Source of the DNA: Dehalococcoidia bacterium
GTDB taxonomy: Bacteria > Chloroflexota > Dehalococcoidia > Lucifugimonadales > UBA3495
Assembly: GCA_022821365.1 (NCBI GenBank)
Contig: JAJEDS010000214.1
Location: 1-40,314, forward strand
Direction: 5' to 3'
DNA length: 40,314 nucleotides
The notes beneath the pieces are model-generated. The model made no database searches and was not told the origin of the DNA. It saw nothing but the letters and a program-made list of their open reading frames with translations. Shown one piece after another: positions 28,175 to 40,175 of the stretch. A program made the translations under genes and the position numbers. Position 1 is the stretch's first letter, and every line of letters starts with the position of its first letter.

Positions 28175-29893
28175 TCATACCAGGAAATGCAACTGGGCCA
28201 GGCTGAGCCTCTCTGCCGGGGGCACGGCAGCGATTTCCCCGTCAACCCGCACCTGGTAGGAATCCGGGTCCACTTCAATCGCCGGCATGGCATCGTTGCG
28301 GACCATCTGGCGCTTGGTGATGTGGCGGCACCCCTGCACCGGCTCCACCCGCTTGGCCAACCCCAGGCCCCGGTGGACGCCGGCATCGTATGCCGCTCGA
28401 GAAATGAAGGTAAGAGACGTAGCCGACACTGCCTTGCCCAGCGCCCCGAACATGGGCCGGTAGAAGGAAGGTTCGGCAGTGGGTATGGAGCCGTTGGGGT
28501 CGCCCATCACCGACCAGGCAATGATCCCGCCCTTGATGATGAGCTTGGGCTTGGCCCCGAAGCTGCCGACGGGCCAGAGCACTATGTCTGCCAACTTGCC
28601 CGGTTCCAGGGACCCCACCAGGTGAGATATTCCATGGGTAACGGCCGGGTTGATGGTCAGCTTGGCCAGGTAGCGCAGCACCCGGAAGTTGTCGTGGTCG
28701 GGCGAGTCTTCGGGCAGCTTGCCCTTGAACTGGCGCATCTTGTCCGCAGTCTGGAACAGGCGAGTGAAGTTCTCTCCCACCCGGCCCATGGCCTGGGAGT
28801 CCGACGAGTACATGCTGATGACGCCCAGGTCGTGCAGCACGTCTTCGGCAGCCATGGTCTCGGGGCGGATGCGGCTCTCGGCGAAGGCCACGTCCTCGGG
28901 CACCCGGGGGCTCAGGTGGTGGCACACCATCAGCATATCCATGTGCTCGGCCAGGGTGTTGACCGTGTAGGGACGGGTGGGGTTGGTGGAAGACGGCAGG
29001 ACGTTCAGTTCCGCTGCAATCCTGATAATGTCCGGAGCGTGGCCGCCGCCGGCGCCCTCGGTGTGGTAGGTGTGGATGGCCCTGCCCGCGATGGCGGCAA
29101 TGGTGTCCTCGACGAACCCGGCCTCGTTCAGGGTGTCGGTGTGGATGGCCACGGGCACGTCGTACCGGTCGGCCACCTCCAGGCACCGGTCGATGGCGGC
29201 GGGGGTCGTGCCCCAGTCCTCGTGCAGCTTCAGCCCGCTGGCCCCGGCTTCCAGTTGCTCCTCCAACGGAGCGGCGATGCTGGCGTTGCCCTTGCCCAGC
29301 AGGCCCCAGTTGACCGGCAGGGCCTCGGCGGCTTCCAGCATGCGGGCAATGTTCCAGGGACCGGGAGTGCAGGTGGTGGCGTTGGTGCCGTCGGCGGGAC
29401 CGGTGCCGCCACCAATCATGGTGGTGATGCCATTGGAAAGGGCGTGCCATACCTGCTGGGGAGAAATCATGTGGATGTGAGCGTCTATGCCCCCGGGCGT
29501 GGCAATGAGATGCTCGCCGGCGATAACCTCGGTCCCGGCCCCCACCACCATGTCCGGGTGAACCCCGTCCATCACGCCGGGGTTGCCGGCCTTTCCGATG
29601 GCTACGATGCGGCCTGCCTTGACACCGATGTCAGCCTTGGTGATGCCCAGGACCGGGTCCATGATTATGGCGTTGGTGATCACAAGGTCCAGGGCGCCGT
29701 CCCGGCTGGTGGCTTCCGGGGCCTGGCCCATGCCGTCCCGCGCCGTCTTTCCCCCGCCGAAGACCAGTTCATCGCCGTAGGTGAGCAAATCCCGTTCCAC
29801 CTGGCAGACCAGCGAGGTGTCGGCCAGGCGGAAGCGATCACCCACAGTGGGGCCGTACAGTTCAACGTACTGCTGCCGGCTGATGCGCGCCAT
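28175..29893 (-). CDS. ureC: Urease alpha (catalytic) subunit
   Basis: Ni ligands present: [50 protein letters not shown]; ATG 29893. Confidence 0.97.
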   Translation of the reverse strand: MARISRQQYVELYGPTVGDRFRLADTSLVCQVERDLLTYGDELVFGGGKTARDGMGQAPEATSRDGALDLVITNAIIMDPVLGITKADIGVKAGRIVAIGKAGNPGVMDGVHPDMVVGAGTEVIAGEHLIATPGGIDAHIHMISPQQVWHALSNGITTMIGGGTGPADGTNATTCTPGPWNIARMLEAAEALPVNWGLLGKGNASIAAPLEEQLEAGASGLKLHEDWGTTPAAIDRCLEVADRYDVPVAIHTDTLNEAGFVEDTIAAIAGRAIHTYHTEGAGGGHAPDIIRIAAELNVLPSSTNPTRPYTVNTLAEHMDMLMVCHHLSPRVPEDVAFAESRIRPETMAAEDVLHDLGVISMYSSDSQAMGRVGENFTRLFQTADKMRQFKGKLPEDSPDHDNFRVLRYLAKLTINPAVTHGISHLVGSLEPGKLADIVLWPVGSFGAKPKLIIKGGIIAWSVMGDPNGSIPTAEPSFYRPMFGALGKAVSATSLTFISRAAYDAGVHRGLGLAKRVEPVQGCRHITKRQMVRNDAMPAIEVDPDSYQVRVDGEIAAVPPAERLSLAQLHFLV

Positions 29894-29894
29894 G

Positions 29895-30302
29895 CTAATT
29901 CTCCCCCTGGGTGTCGGACTCTGCAGTGGGCAGGTGGGCAAATCCCCTCCGTTCCATATCGGCCAGGGCCCCCGTTCGCACCTGCGGCGAGTCCAGGCTG
30001 CCACCGGCAAGCCCGTTCAGGCCGTGGACCCGGCGGTCGCCCCCGATGGCAACCAGGGTTACGTCCTTGCGGTCGCCGGGTTCAAAGCGGACCGCGGTAC
30101 CGGCGGGAATGTCTAGCCTCATACCGTATGCCGCCTCCCGGTCGAAACGCAGGGCCCGGTTGGCCTCGAAGAAGTGGAAGTGGGAACCCACCTGGATGGC
30201 CCGGTCGCCGGTATTCCATACCGGCAGGGCTACCGTTGGCCGCCCCGAGTTAATTTCCACGGGCTCGTCGGAAGGGATGTAGTGAGCGGATGGGTTGCTC
30301 AT
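29895..30302 (-). CDS. ureB: Urease beta subunit
   Basis: [36 protein letters not shown]. Confidence 0.96.
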   Translation of the reverse strand: MSNPSAHYIPSDEPVEINSGRPTVALPVWNTGDRAIQVGSHFHFFEANRALRFDREAAYGMRLDIPAGTAVRFEPGDRKDVTLVAIGGDRRVHGLNGLAGGSLDSPQVRTGALADMERRGFAHLPTAESDTQGEN

Positions 30303-30335
30303 GCTTATGCCGGTCTCCGTAAATCCTCTGAGAAT

Positions 30336-30638
30336 TCAGACTATGGGGTCGTGGACCGATACCAGCTTGGTGCCGTCGGGAAAGGTGGCTTCCACCTGGA
30401 CCATGTCCACCAGGTCAGGCACACCCTCCATCACGTCATCGCGGGACAAGACCTGTCGGCCCAGCTCCATGGCCTCGGCCACGGAACGGCCGTCTCTTGC
30501 CGATTCCAGGATGGCCTCGGTAATCAGAGCCACCGACTCGGGGACGTTCAGCTTCAGGCCCCGGGCCTGCCGCCTTCGCGCCAGGTCCGCCGCCACGTAC
30601 ACCAGCAGTTTTTCCGATTCGCGGGGGGTGAGCATCAT
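30336..30638 (-). CDS. ureA: Urease gamma subunit
   Basis: [40 protein letters not shown]; 100 aa from ATG 30638. Confidence 0.96.
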   Translation of the reverse strand: MMLTPRESEKLLVYVAADLARRRQARGLKLNVPESVALITEAILESARDGRSVAEAMELGRQVLSRDDVMEGVPDLVDMVQVEATFPDGTKLVSVHDPIV

Positions 30639-30655
30639 GGGGCAACTCCCAAGAC

Positions 30656-31993
30656 TTACAAAGTGGACAGGTACCGGGACACCTCGTAATCGGTGACCAT
30701 GGAGCGGTAGTCCTCCCACTCCAGCTTCTTGTTTTCGATCAGGCTGTTGAAGACGTGGTCTCCCAGGGCCTCGTACAGCAGTTCGCTGGACTCGGCCAGG
30801 GCGATGGCCTCACCCAGGCTGGTGGGCAGGGTGCGGAGGCCTAGGGACTGGCGACGCTGGGGGGACATTTCCAGCACGTTGCCCACCACCGGAGCGGGCA
30901 CCGGGTAGTCCTCCTCGATGCCCTTCAACCCGGCAGCCAGCATGGCGCTGAAGGCCAGGTATGGGTTGCAGGCGGGGTCCGGCGACCGGTACTCGACGCG
31001 GATGGATGTTTCCGTGCCAGGTTCGTAGGTGGGCACCCGTATCAGGTCGGACCTGTTTACGTGGGTCCACGAGACGTATATGGGAGCCTCGTACCCGGGA
31101 ACCAGCCGCTTGTAGGAGTTGACCCACTGGTTGGTCACCAGGGTAATCTCGGGGGCGTGGGCGATGAGACCGGCGATGAACTTCTTGCCCAACTGGGACA
31201 AGTATTGCTCGTCGTCCGCATCGAAGAAGCCGTTGGTCTCCCCCTGGAACAGGGACTGGTGCAAGTGCAGCCCGGACCCGTTGATGCCCGACACGGGCTT
31301 GGGCATGAAGGTGGCGTACACATTCTGCAGCAGGGCCAGTTCCTTCACCACCAGCTTTGCCGTCATCACGTTGTCGGCCATGGCCAGGGCGTCGGTGTAT
31401 TCCAGGTCAATTTCGTGCTGGCTGGGTGCCCCCTCGTGGTGGGAGTACTTGACGTCAATGCCCATCTCGCCCAGGTGCAGCACCGTGTCCCGACGCAGTT
31501 CGGTGGCGGGGTAGCTGGAAAGCTGGTCAAAGTAGCCGCTGGAGTCCAGCAATTCCGGGGTCTCAGAGTTACGCAGGTAAAAGAACTCCAGTTCCGCCCC
31601 CACGTTGTAGGTGTAACCCAGAGCGGCAGCCCGTTCCAGGTTGCGCTTCAGCACGTAGCGGGGGTCGCCTATGAAGGTCTGCCCCCGCTGGTGGCGGATG
31701 TCGCAGAACATGCGGGCCACGGCGTTCTGACGGGGACGCCAGGGCAGCAGGGTGAAGGTGGCCGGGTCGGGATAGGCGCGCATGTCGCTCTCGTGGTGGC
31801 GGGCAAAGCCGTCTATGGCGGACCCGTCAAAACCCACGCCCCGTTCCAGGGCCTCCTCCAGGTCGCTGATGGTAATGGCAAAGCCCTTCAGGTGGCCCAG
31901 GATGTCGGTGAACCAAAGGCGGATAAACTTCACGTCGCTGTCGTGGGCCGCCCGCAGCACTTCTTCCCGTCCGGTAATCGCTTCAGTGGTCAT
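30656..31993 (-). CDS. glnA: Type I glutamine synthetase
   Basis: [77 protein letters not shown]. Confidence 0.92.
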   Translation of the reverse strand: MTTEAITGREEVLRAAHDSDVKFIRLWFTDILGHLKGFAITISDLEEALERGVGFDGSAIDGFARHHESDMRAYPDPATFTLLPWRPRQNAVARMFCDIRHQRGQTFIGDPRYVLKRNLERAAALGYTYNVGAELEFFYLRNSETPELLDSSGYFDQLSSYPATELRRDTVLHLGEMGIDVKYSHHEGAPSQHEIDLEYTDALAMADNVMTAKLVVKELALLQNVYATFMPKPVSGINGSGLHLHQSLFQGETNGFFDADDEQYLSQLGKKFIAGLIAHAPEITLVTNQWVNSYKRLVPGYEAPIYVSWTHVNRSDLIRVPTYEPGTETSIRVEYRSPDPACNPYLAFSAMLAAGLKGIEEDYPVPAPVVGNVLEMSPQRRQSLGLRTLPTSLGEAIALAESSELLYEALGDHVFNSLIENKKLEWEDYRSMVTDYEVSRYLSTL

Positions 31994-32029
31994 CGTCTTT
32001 CCTCTAGTCGTTTTGTCTTGCCGCCAGTC

Positions 32030-32749
32030 CTAAACGGCCACGTATTCGCGGACCAGGTTCTGGTCCAGGTCCCGGGCCGTGCCTTCCAGGACAATGGCCC
32101 CTTTTTCCATCACGTAGCAGTAGTCCGCCAGCCCCAGGGCGAAGTCCAGGAACTGTTCCACCAGCAGAATGGTGGTCTCCTGCCGGTCCCTCAGCCGCTG
32201 CAGCAGTTCCTGGATCTCCTGGACGATGGACGGCTGGATGCCCTCGGTAGGTTCGTCCAGCAACAGCAGGGACGGCCGCCGGATCAGGGCGCGGGCCAGG
32301 GCCAGTTGCTGCTGCTGCCCGCCGCTCAAGGTGCCGGCCACCTTGCGCTGGTAGGTCTTCAGGGCCGGGAACAGGTCATACATCCGGTCCAGCGCGTCGG
32401 ACTTGCTCTCCTGGCCGTCTGCAGCCTCCAGCCCCATCAGCAGGTTGTCGTGGACCGACAGGTAGGGAAAGACGTGCCGGCCCTGGGGCACATAGCCGAA
32501 TCCTGCCCTGGCCCTGCGGTGGGGCGGCCACCGGGTAAGGTCCGACTGGGCGAATTTCACCTGGCCGGCCCGGGGATTCAGCAGCCCCATGATGGACTTG
32601 AGCAGGGTGGTCTTGCCCACGCCGTTGCGCCCCAACAGGCACACAGCCTGACCCTCGGGCACATCCAGGGCCACGTCATTCAATACCATGCTCTGGCCGT
32701 ATCCTACGGTCAGGTCTCGAATGGTCAGCAACGGCTCTTCGTATCTCAT
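32030..32749 (-). CDS. urtE: Urea ABC transporter ATP-binding subunit
   Basis: GRNGVGKTT, GYVPQGR, LSGGQQQQLA, LDEPTEGIQPSIV. Confidence 0.92.
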   Translation of the reverse strand: MRYEEPLLTIRDLTVGYGQSMVLNDVALDVPEGQAVCLLGRNGVGKTTLLKSIMGLLNPRAGQVKFAQSDLTRWPPHRRARAGFGYVPQGRHVFPYLSVHDNLLMGLEAADGQESKSDALDRMYDLFPALKTYQRKVAGTLSGGQQQQLALARALIRRPSLLLLDEPTEGIQPSIVQEIQELLQRLRDRQETTILLVEQFLDFALGLADYCYVMEKGAIVLEGTARDLDQNLVREYVAV

Positions 32750-32766
32750 AACTGCCCTCCGGCGTC

Positions 32767-33648
32767 TCAGGCGCCGACGGTCTCTACCGCCCGTGGCCGA
32801 GTATTTTCCGCCACCGTTCGCTGGCCCGATGCGCCGTGGCCCAGGTAGGCGCGGACTACCTCCGGGTCCTGCTGGACCGTCTCCATGGTCCCTTCGCTGA
32901 GAACACGGCCCAGGTGCAGCACCGTAACCGTTTCGGCAAACCGCCGGACAAACTCCATGTCGTGTTCCACCACCAGGACGGAGCGGGCGCTGCCGATGGA
33001 CTGTAGCAGTTCGCCGGTGCGTTCCCTTTCCCGGCGGGTCATACCGGCCACCGGCTCATCCATCAACAGCAGCTTGGGTTCCTGGACCAGCAGCATCCCT
33101 ATTTCCAGCCACTGCTTTTCGCCGTGGGAGAGGGAGCCGGCCGGGTCGCCGACCCGGGCCGCCAGCCCCACCTCTTCCAGGGTGGCCATGATGCGGTCCG
33201 AGTCGCGGCGCCGGGTACCCCCCAGCAGGCCGGTGATGCGGCTACGGAAACCCAGGGCAACCTCCAGGTTCTGGTACACAGTCAGGCTGCCGAATATAGA
33301 CGGGGTCTGGAACTTGCGGCCGATACCCAACTTGACCAGTTCATGCTCCTGTTGGCGCGTCAAATCGGCGCCACCGTCAAAGACAATACGGCCCCGGTCC
33401 GGTTTCGACTTGCCGGTAATGGCGTCTATGAGCGTGGTCTTGCCGGCCCCGTTGGGCCCGATGAGAAACCGCATCTCGCCGTACTTCATGCTGAAGTCCA
33501 GTTCGTTCAAAACGGTGAAGCCGTCGAAGCTGATGGTCAGTTGCTCCACGGAGAGAATCAGGTCGTCGGCCGGCGGCTTTGCCCCGGCGCCGTTGCCGCC
33601 GTTTTGATTCACTGCCCGGAAAATACCCCGGGCCCTGCGTCCGATCAT
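32767..33648 (-). CDS. urtD: Urea ABC transporter ATP-binding subunit
   Basis: [39 protein letters not shown]; ATGA overlap with the urtC stop. Confidence 0.92.
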   Translation of the reverse strand: MIGRRARGIFRAVNQNGGNGAGAKPPADDLILSVEQLTISFDGFTVLNELDFSMKYGEMRFLIGPNGAGKTTLIDAITGKSKPDRGRIVFDGGADLTRQQEHELVKLGIGRKFQTPSIFGSLTVYQNLEVALGFRSRITGLLGGTRRRDSDRIMATLEEVGLAARVGDPAGSLSHGEKQWLEIGMLLVQEPKLLLMDEPVAGMTRRERERTGELLQSIGSARSVLVVEHDMEFVRRFAETVTVLHLGRVLSEGTMETVQQDPEVVRAYLGHGASGQRTVAENTRPRAVETVGA

Positions 33649-34793
33649 TTGCTTACCCCCGGAATAAACCTGGTTGCCCCGTTTCTCAGCTGCTGCACCG
33701 ACAGCCACTCGGGCCGCCGCCAGCCCTCCCCTCGCAACAGGCCCATGATGCCCGCCGGGAATACGAGCACCGCGCCGATGAACAGCAGGCCCAGGAAATA
33801 CTGCCAGATGGCTGGGAAGGACTCGCTAAGTCCGCTCTTGGCCCCGTTGACCAGGATGGCGCCGACGATAGCCCCCAGCAGGACTCCCCTTCCGCCCACG
33901 GCCACCCAGATGGCAATTTCAATGGACGGCACAATCCCCATCATAGTGGGGGAAATTATGCCCACCTGGGGGGTGAACAATGCTCCCGCAATGCCGGCTA
34001 TGCCGCCGGAAAGGGCGAACACGATGGTCTTCAGGATAGCCGGGTTGTACCCGGAAAAGCGCACCCGGTTCTCATCGTCCCGCATGGCCACCAGCAGGCG
34101 GCCAAAGCGGGAGGCAATCAGCCACGTGCACAGCAGGTAAGTCAGCGCCAGCACCGCCAGGGTGGCGTAGTACAGGGCGACCTGGGTGGAAGGGGCGTTT
34201 ATGGAAAAGCCGAACATGGTCGTGTAGTTGGTGATGCCATTGGTGCCGCCAGTGTAGGGCTGCTGGCCGATGAACAGGATGCTGACAATCAGGGCCAGCG
34301 CCTGGGTTATCAATGCGAAATAGACCCCGGTGATTCGGCTGCGGAATACCAGGTAGCCCAGCCCGCCGGCCAGCGCTGCCGGAACGATGAAGGTCATGGG
34401 AATGGCGAACCAGGCATACTGGAAGGGCGCCCAGAAGAAGGGCAGTTCCGTCAGTCCGCTCCAGAACATGAAATCCGGCAGCTTGCCCTGGACCGATTCC
34501 AGTTTCAGGAACATGGCCATGGCATAGCCGCCCAGCCCAAAGAAAACACCCTGGCCCAGGCTCAGCATTCCCGCATAGCCCCAAATGAGATTCAACGACA
34601 TGGCCAGGATGGCGAAGGTCAGGAACTTGCCCAGCAGGGCCACCCGGAAATCGGACAGGACCAGGGGCGCGGCCAGCAATGCCGCCAGTACCAGGGCCGG
34701 AGCAATCCAATCGGTGGCAACGCCGCCCAGCCTTGTCGGTCCGGCCACGGTCCTGATTGCCCTGGATATGGATGCTTTGGTAGCCGTCACCAT
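33645..34793 (-). CDS. urtC: Urea ABC transporter permease
   Basis: [56 protein letters not shown]. Confidence 0.92.
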   Translation of the reverse strand: MVTATKASISRAIRTVAGPTRLGGVATDWIAPALVLAALLAAPLVLSDFRVALLGKFLTFAILAMSLNLIWGYAGMLSLGQGVFFGLGGYAMAMFLKLESVQGKLPDFMFWSGLTELPFFWAPFQYAWFAIPMTFIVPAALAGGLGYLVFRSRITGVYFALITQALALIVSILFIGQQPYTGGTNGITNYTTMFGFSINAPSTQVALYYATLAVLALTYLLCTWLIASRFGRLLVAMRDDENRVRFSGYNPAILKTIVFALSGGIAGIAGALFTPQVGIISPTMMGIVPSIEIAIWVAVGGRGVLLGAIVGAILVNGAKSGLSESFPAIWQYFLGLLFIGAVLVFPAGIMGLLRGEGWRRPEWLSVQQLRNGATRFIPGVSK

Positions 34794-34794
34794 C

Positions 34795-35691
34795 CTACCG
34801 TCCCCTGGCCCGCATCAGGCCGGCCGGTTTCCACTGCAGGAACAGGATGACCATGGCGAAAACCAGCACCTTGCCCACTACTGCCGTTGTCCCAAACTCG
34901 AACAGGGTATTCAGAATCCCGATTATCAGCGCCGCCATTATGGTGCCCGGTATCTGTCCCAGCCCGCCAAGAATAACCACGATAAAGGCGTCCACGATAT
35001 AGAAAGTGCCCAGGGACGGGCCAATGGGGCCGATCAAGGTCAGGGCGCAGCCGGCGACTCCGGCCAGGCCTGACCCCAGTGCGAAGGTAAAGCTGTCAAC
35101 CCGGCGGGTTGAAACTCCCAGGCTGGCGGCCATTTCCCGGTTCTGCATCACCCCCCGCATGCGGCGGCCCTCATTGGAGCGGTACATGTACCAGTACAGA
35201 CCACCCAGGCAGGCCAGCACCAGCCCGATGATGAAGATGCGCTTCATGGGCAGCAGCAAACCGGATGTAATTGACACGGTGGAACTGAGCCACGCCGGGG
35301 CCACTACCTGTACGTTGGGAGCGCCAAAAATAGAGCGGGCCAGTTGCTGCAGGAAAAGCCCCACGCCCCACGTCGCCAGCAGGGTGTCCAGGGGGCGGCG
35401 GTACAGGAAGCGGATAACCGTGTTCTCCACCAAGTAACCGGCGGCGGCGGCGGTTATGAAGGATGCAGGTATGGCGATAAGAAAGGTTACTCCAGCCTGG
35501 GGATCGCCGGTGTAGTGGCTGGCCACCTGCTGCAGAGCGTAGGTGGTGTAGGCTCCCACCATGATGAACTCACCATGGGCCAGGTTGATTACGTTCATCA
35601 ACCCGAATGACAGGGCTAGTCCCAGCGCCGTAAGGAGCAGGATTGAGCTGAGGCTCAGGCCGTTAAAAAGTTGCAGTGCCCAGACTTCCAT
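34795..35691 (-). CDS. urtB: Urea ABC transporter permease
   Basis: [54 protein letters not shown]. Confidence 0.92.
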   Translation of the reverse strand: MEVWALQLFNGLSLSSILLLTALGLALSFGLMNVINLAHGEFIMVGAYTTYALQQVASHYTGDPQAGVTFLIAIPASFITAAAAGYLVENTVIRFLYRRPLDTLLATWGVGLFLQQLARSIFGAPNVQVVAPAWLSSTVSITSGLLLPMKRIFIIGLVLACLGGLYWYMYRSNEGRRMRGVMQNREMAASLGVSTRRVDSFTFALGSGLAGVAGCALTLIGPIGPSLGTFYIVDAFIVVILGGLGQIPGTIMAALIIGILNTLFEFGTTAVVGKVLVFAMVILFLQWKPAGLMRARGR

Positions 35692-35737
35692 AATTCCAGA
35701 ACTGACGGTCGGATTCGGTTCTCGTACACAAAGCTAT

Positions 35738-35780
35738 ACCGTGGGGCAAGGAGGTACCGAGACCCCCTCGCCCCCACGGT
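35738..35780 (-). other. Intercistronic stem-loop after urtA
   Basis: ACCGTGGGG...CCCCACGGT stem; this position is typical of mRNA-stabilising hairpins after binding-protein genes. Confidence 0.5.
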
Positions 35781-35794
35781 GTAAGAGTCCGCTT

Positions 35795-37123
35795 CTATTG
35801 TGCCTGGGCCAGTTCCCTCAGGCCAGAGGCCCAGTCATAGGTGTCCAGGTAGGGGTCCGGCGCAACCGGGGCGCCAGAGTTCCAGATCTCGTCAATCTGG
35901 CCGTCGCTCCGGACCTTGCCTATGCGGACGGTCTTTGAGACGTGCTGGTTGGTGTCGTGGATGGTCACGGCGCCGCCGGGGGCCGCGAAGGAAATCCCCT
36001 TGGCCGCTTCCTTGACCGCCGCCACGTCGATGGACCCGGCCTTCTCCACGGCGGCTTTCCACAGGTACACTCCGAAGTAACCGGCCTCAATGGGGTCGTC
36101 GGTAACCCGGTGCTCACCGTACTTGGCCTGGAAGGCCGCGACGAACTTGGCGTTTTCCAGGGTGTCGGTGGTCTGGAAGTAGTTCCATGCCACCAGGTGG
36201 TCGGTGATGTTATCGGCGCCGATGCCGGTGATTTCCTCTTCTGCCACGCTGACCGAGATCGTGGGCAAGTCCTCGGCGGTGATGCCGGCGTCCTTCAACT
36301 GCTTGAAGAAGGCCACGTTGGAGTCGCCGTTCAGGGTGTTGAAGACCACGTCCGGCTCGGCGGAGCTGATCTTGGCAATGACGGTGCTGTACTCGGTGTG
36401 GCCCAGGGGCGTGTACTCCTCACCCACGGCCTCCAGCCCCGCCGCCTGAAGCTGCTTGTTGATGATCAGGTTGGATGTGCGAGGGAATACGTAGTCGGAA
36501 CCCAGCAGGTAGAACTTGGTCTTGCCCTCTTCCAGCAGGTATTCCACGGCGGGAACGATCTGCTGGTTGGTGGTGGCGCCGGTATAGAAGATGTTGGGAG
36601 AAGTCTCCAGCCCCTCATACTGGACGGGGTAGAACAGCAGACCGTTGTTGGCCTCGAAGACGGGCAGCATGGCCTTGCGGCTGGCGCTGGTCCAGCCACC
36701 GAACACCACGGCAACCTCGTCCTCCTGGAGCAGCTTGCGGGCCTTTTCGGCGAAGGTGGGCCAGTCGGAAGCGCCGTCCTCGATCACCACCTCCAGCTGC
36801 TTGCCCATGACACCGCCGGCGGCGTTAATTTCCTCAATGGCCAGCAGTTCCGCGTCGTGGACGGCGGTCTCGCTGATGGACATGGTGCCGGAAAGGGAGT
36901 GCAGGATGCCAACCTTGATGGTGTCGGATTCTTCGGCCACGGGTGCAGCAGGGGCGGACTCTGCAACGGTACCGGGGGCAACGGGAGCCTGTTGAGCAGC
37001 GGGCGGAGCCGGCGGGGCTTCGGAACCGCAGGCCACGGTCAACAAAATACCGAGGCTGACCAACAGGCTCAGGGAAAGAAACCGGAATGAACCAAAAGCC
37101 TTGGGTAATGATAAGACAGACAT
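35795..37123 (-). CDS. urtA: Urea ABC transporter substrate-binding lipoprotein
   Basis: Lipobox [67 protein letters not shown]; AGGAGG RBS. Confidence 0.95.
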   Translation of the reverse strand: MSVLSLPKAFGSFRFLSLSLLVSLGILLTVACGSEAPPAPPAAQQAPVAPGTVAESAPAAPVAEESDTIKVGILHSLSGTMSISETAVHDAELLAIEEINAAGGVMGKQLEVVIEDGASDWPTFAEKARKLLQEDEVAVVFGGWTSASRKAMLPVFEANNGLLFYPVQYEGLETSPNIFYTGATTNQQIVPAVEYLLEEGKTKFYLLGSDYVFPRTSNLIINKQLQAAGLEAVGEEYTPLGHTEYSTVIAKISSAEPDVVFNTLNGDSNVAFFKQLKDAGITAEDLPTISVSVAEEEITGIGADNITDHLVAWNYFQTTDTLENAKFVAAFQAKYGEHRVTDDPIEAGYFGVYLWKAAVEKAGSIDVAAVKEAAKGISFAAPGGAVTIHDTNQHVSKTVRIGKVRSDGQIDEIWNSGAPVAPDPYLDTYDWASGLRELAQAQ

Positions 37124-37237
37124 TTGAGAACTATCCTCCTGACATTTCGATGGTCGGCGCTCCTGAACTACTGATCCCCTGTCCGCGGGATTGCGATGGC
37201 AGTTTCTGCGCCGACAGGTACAAATTAAGGCCCCTTT

Positions 37238-37297
37238 ATTTCGTCCCTATTTCTTTAATGTGAACTGGGAGTAACCATTGTGTTTCCAGACTGTTTC
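37238..37297 (-). promoter_or_regulatory. Array of six 11-bp-phased GlnR-like pentamers upstream of urtA
   Basis: Minus strand reads GAAAC-n6-GAAAC-n6-GTTAC-n6-TTCAC-n6-GAAAT-n6-GAAAT. Confidence 0.6.
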
Positions 37298-38270
37298 GCG
37301 GTATCACGTTCCTGAAATTGTCAACCACCCTGCAACTATGGGATTGACTCTCGAGTGCTTCCAGCTTATGAAAGTGAGTTGCCCTATTCGGGGCAAGTTT
37401 TCCATTGCCATCGAAGGAACGGCATCGTCTTTTGTTTCTGCAATGGCTGGCGCAGAATGTTCTCTAAGGGGCCACAGGGAGGGGAAGCAGCGGGTCTCAG
37501 ATTTGTCAGTGTTGCCGAAATCTGTCCCTAAATTGGAACATCAAATACGAAGCAGCAGTGCATTCGAAGGCGTTGAAACCACCCTATACGGTGAAGAGGG
37601 ACTGGTCCCCGTTGGCTAACGCCCCATTTGCCCGTACGTATTTGCCAAGCGGGAGTGCGGAAGCTGACCATGCCCAACCGATCTGCAGTTCCCTAATCTC
37701 TTCAATCTCATGTACGGAGAATGGGGGCAACCTGCAGAGGGCATCGGCGAGGATGTGATGGTTATGGTCAGCTGTTCAGCCAGCCCCCGGAGAGGCCAGA
37801 AACTGTGGAAATAGGGGCCGATGTGGGCGAAAAGAAGCCCGCCACTTCCTTTAATCGTCAGAAGTTCTGAAACTTCCAACGGCGAATGAACGGACGGCCT
37901 ATTGCTGTTCCATTTTGGCGCCATTCGTCTCGTAAAGGCATGCGGGAAGCGGGAAGACCTTGCCTATAGTCTCTTGTTTCGGCTGCCGCAAAAGCATACC
38001 GCCGCCAACCAGACCTGAACAGCTAGCGCGCGGCCAGCCTGAACCTGTCTGTGTGGCATAGTAGCCGCTTCAGGAACGCAGGTTTCCGTAGGGATTATGG
38101 GGTGCAGACGATCACGAAGTATGGGCAAGACGACTTCCCCCACTGAAAATCTGCGGCCTCATCAAGATCTCCCGCTATTTGAGATAATCAACCGAAACAG
38201 ACGCAAATCGGAAGAGTTCCTAATCCTACAATCGCAGATTAACTGAGGTAGAAAAACTTCACTTTAGCAA

Positions 38271-39630
38271 GTGGGCGAGGTGAGAGTTTGGTTGGGGAGA
38301 GGGTTGATGTGTTGGAAGCGGCCCGGTTGGCCAGGGGCATTGAGAAAGTCCACCGGCGATTTGAGGCCCGGTCTTACCGTCGGAACCCCGTCGTCGGGCG
38401 TTGGCATATTTGAAAGGACTGATGAGTCCCGTGGAGCGGATGAACGGGTGGCAGTTGGCGCAGCAGCCGCTGCACTCCGTCGGGCGTGGCATCACCGGCC
38501 GCTGTACGACTACGTGTGGGATGCTGTCCGGGTTCGGGATGATCTTCAAGACTACGTGGTGGGGCATTTGGGGGATGCCGAGGGTGTGCTGGTGGTGGAC
38601 GAGGCGGGATTCCCGACGAAGGGAACCAAGTCGGTGGGGGTGCAGCTTCAGTTCAGTGGTGCGGCGGATCGAATCGAGAACTGGCAGGTAGGAATCTTCC
38701 TGAGTTACTTCACCGGCCATGAGAGAGTCCTGCTGGACCGGGAGTTGTACCTGCCCTAGGGATGGGCCGGAGACGAAACGCGCCGCCGGTAGGCTGGAGT
38801 GCCAGAGGAAGTGGCCTTCCGTACCAAGCCCCAGCTGTCCCCGAAGGTGGTGGAGCGGGCGGCATAATGGGGAGTTCCCTAGGGATGTTTTGCCGGAGAC
38901 ACATTGTAAGGCAGCGACCGGAAGTTGCGTCAGTGGTTGGAGCAACAAGAGATACCCCATGCGCTGGCCATCAAGAACAACGAGAAGCTGTGGGCCTGGA
39001 CGGAGGAAAGCCCCAGGCAGGTGCGGGCAGACCGGTTGGCATCCCAGGTGGAAGAATCGGGCTGGGTCCCCTGCAGTGCGGGAGATGGAGCCAAGGGTCC
39101 CTCGGGTCTATGACTGGGCCTGGTTGGTGGTCCGGCCCCTGAGAGAACAAGGCAAGGGGTGCTGGCTATTGGTCCGTCGCGGCATAGTCCACCCTGAAGA
39201 GCTGGCCTATTACGTCTGCTACGGCCCCAGAGAGACTACGGGGAAAAACTGGTGAAGGCAGCGGACATCAGGTGGACCATTGAAGAGTGCTTTGAGGAAG
39301 CTAAAGGGCTCGCAGGACTGGACCTGTATGAGGCAAGGAAATGGGAGGGCTGGTACCGGCACGTCACCCTGGCCATGCTGGCCCACATCTGCCTGGCGGT
39401 AGTCCGGCTACAGGCTAACACCGGTCCAGAAGTCCAAAAGGGGGGAGACGCGGGGTGGGATGCAACCCTGATACCTTTCACGGTTCCCGAGGCGCTTGGG
39501 TTGCTGTGACGGTTGATCTGGCAGCCCAGGGGATCGCCCGTACTGGCATTGGCCTTGTTCCAATGAAGACGACGCTACCAGGCAAGGGGCCGCCGCTGCA
39601 ACTACCAGCGCCGCCTCCGACACCTTAGGG
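38271..39630 (+). pseudogene. Degraded IS701-family transposase
   Basis: Fragments in several frames: [95 protein letters not shown]; stops and frameshifts. Confidence 0.9.
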
Positions 39631-39699
39631 GGTGTCGTCAAATTTTCCGTTTCCCTCCCGTACTGACTGCCCCACAACACTCCTCAATGGCCCAAGGGT

Positions 39700-39860
39700 T
39701 ACAACGACACTTACTGCCAGTGGTCCCTGGCCGTTCAAAGTCCAACGGTCCTCGTTGTTCCTTATGGCCATCAAATGCGGAATGTCCTCGCGCTCCAGCC
39801 ACAGCCGCAATTTCCGGTCGCTTCCGTACACCTCGTTCCCAGTAAACCAGGTGAGCGGTG
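39700..39860 (-). pseudogene. Second, inverted IS701 transposase fragment
   Basis: WFTGNEVYGSDRKLRLWLEREDIPHLMAIRNNE parallels ..LRQWLEQQEIPHALAIKNNE in the plus-strand copy. Confidence 0.7.
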
Positions 39861-40175
39861 AAGGAAAACCAAGGGAGGTTGCCGGAGGACGGGGCCGACG
39901 TGTTTTCCTACTGCCAGAAGACCAGGTTTGCCAATATGCAGCTCGATTTCTGCCAATGGCCCTCAACCTGCTCCGCCAGGACCAAACCCGCAAAACCCCC
40001 TGTCAAAGCCAAATGGAAAATGGCGGGCTGGGACAATAACTACTTGCTACCCAACCTCTCCTCTTAGGACGTGTTTGCCATGCGGCGACCAGGGAGGTGG
40101 TTGACCAGCTAAAGACAATCTGATACTACTCCAATCACTATATTGTCAGGATGGGCTATTGTCCGTGAGAACGCT

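Noticed and set aside
28187-30253. Long antisense ORFs (also 9247-11046, 13679-15343, 16839-18146, 31061-32848, 33579-34850, 35942-37090)
   Set aside because: These are shadow frames of well-supported high-GC genes on the opposite strand, with no recognisable motifs.
37319-37324. TTGACA on the minus strand as the -35 of urtA
   Set aside because: There is no credible -10 hexamer at 16-18 nt spacing.
37340-38260. Short ORFs upstream of urtA
   Set aside because: No recognisable motifs or consistent frame; this is likely decayed sequence I cannot assign.
40090-40175. dif/Xer site next to the IS1202-like end
   Set aside because: No match to the XerC/XerD consensus arms is visible.
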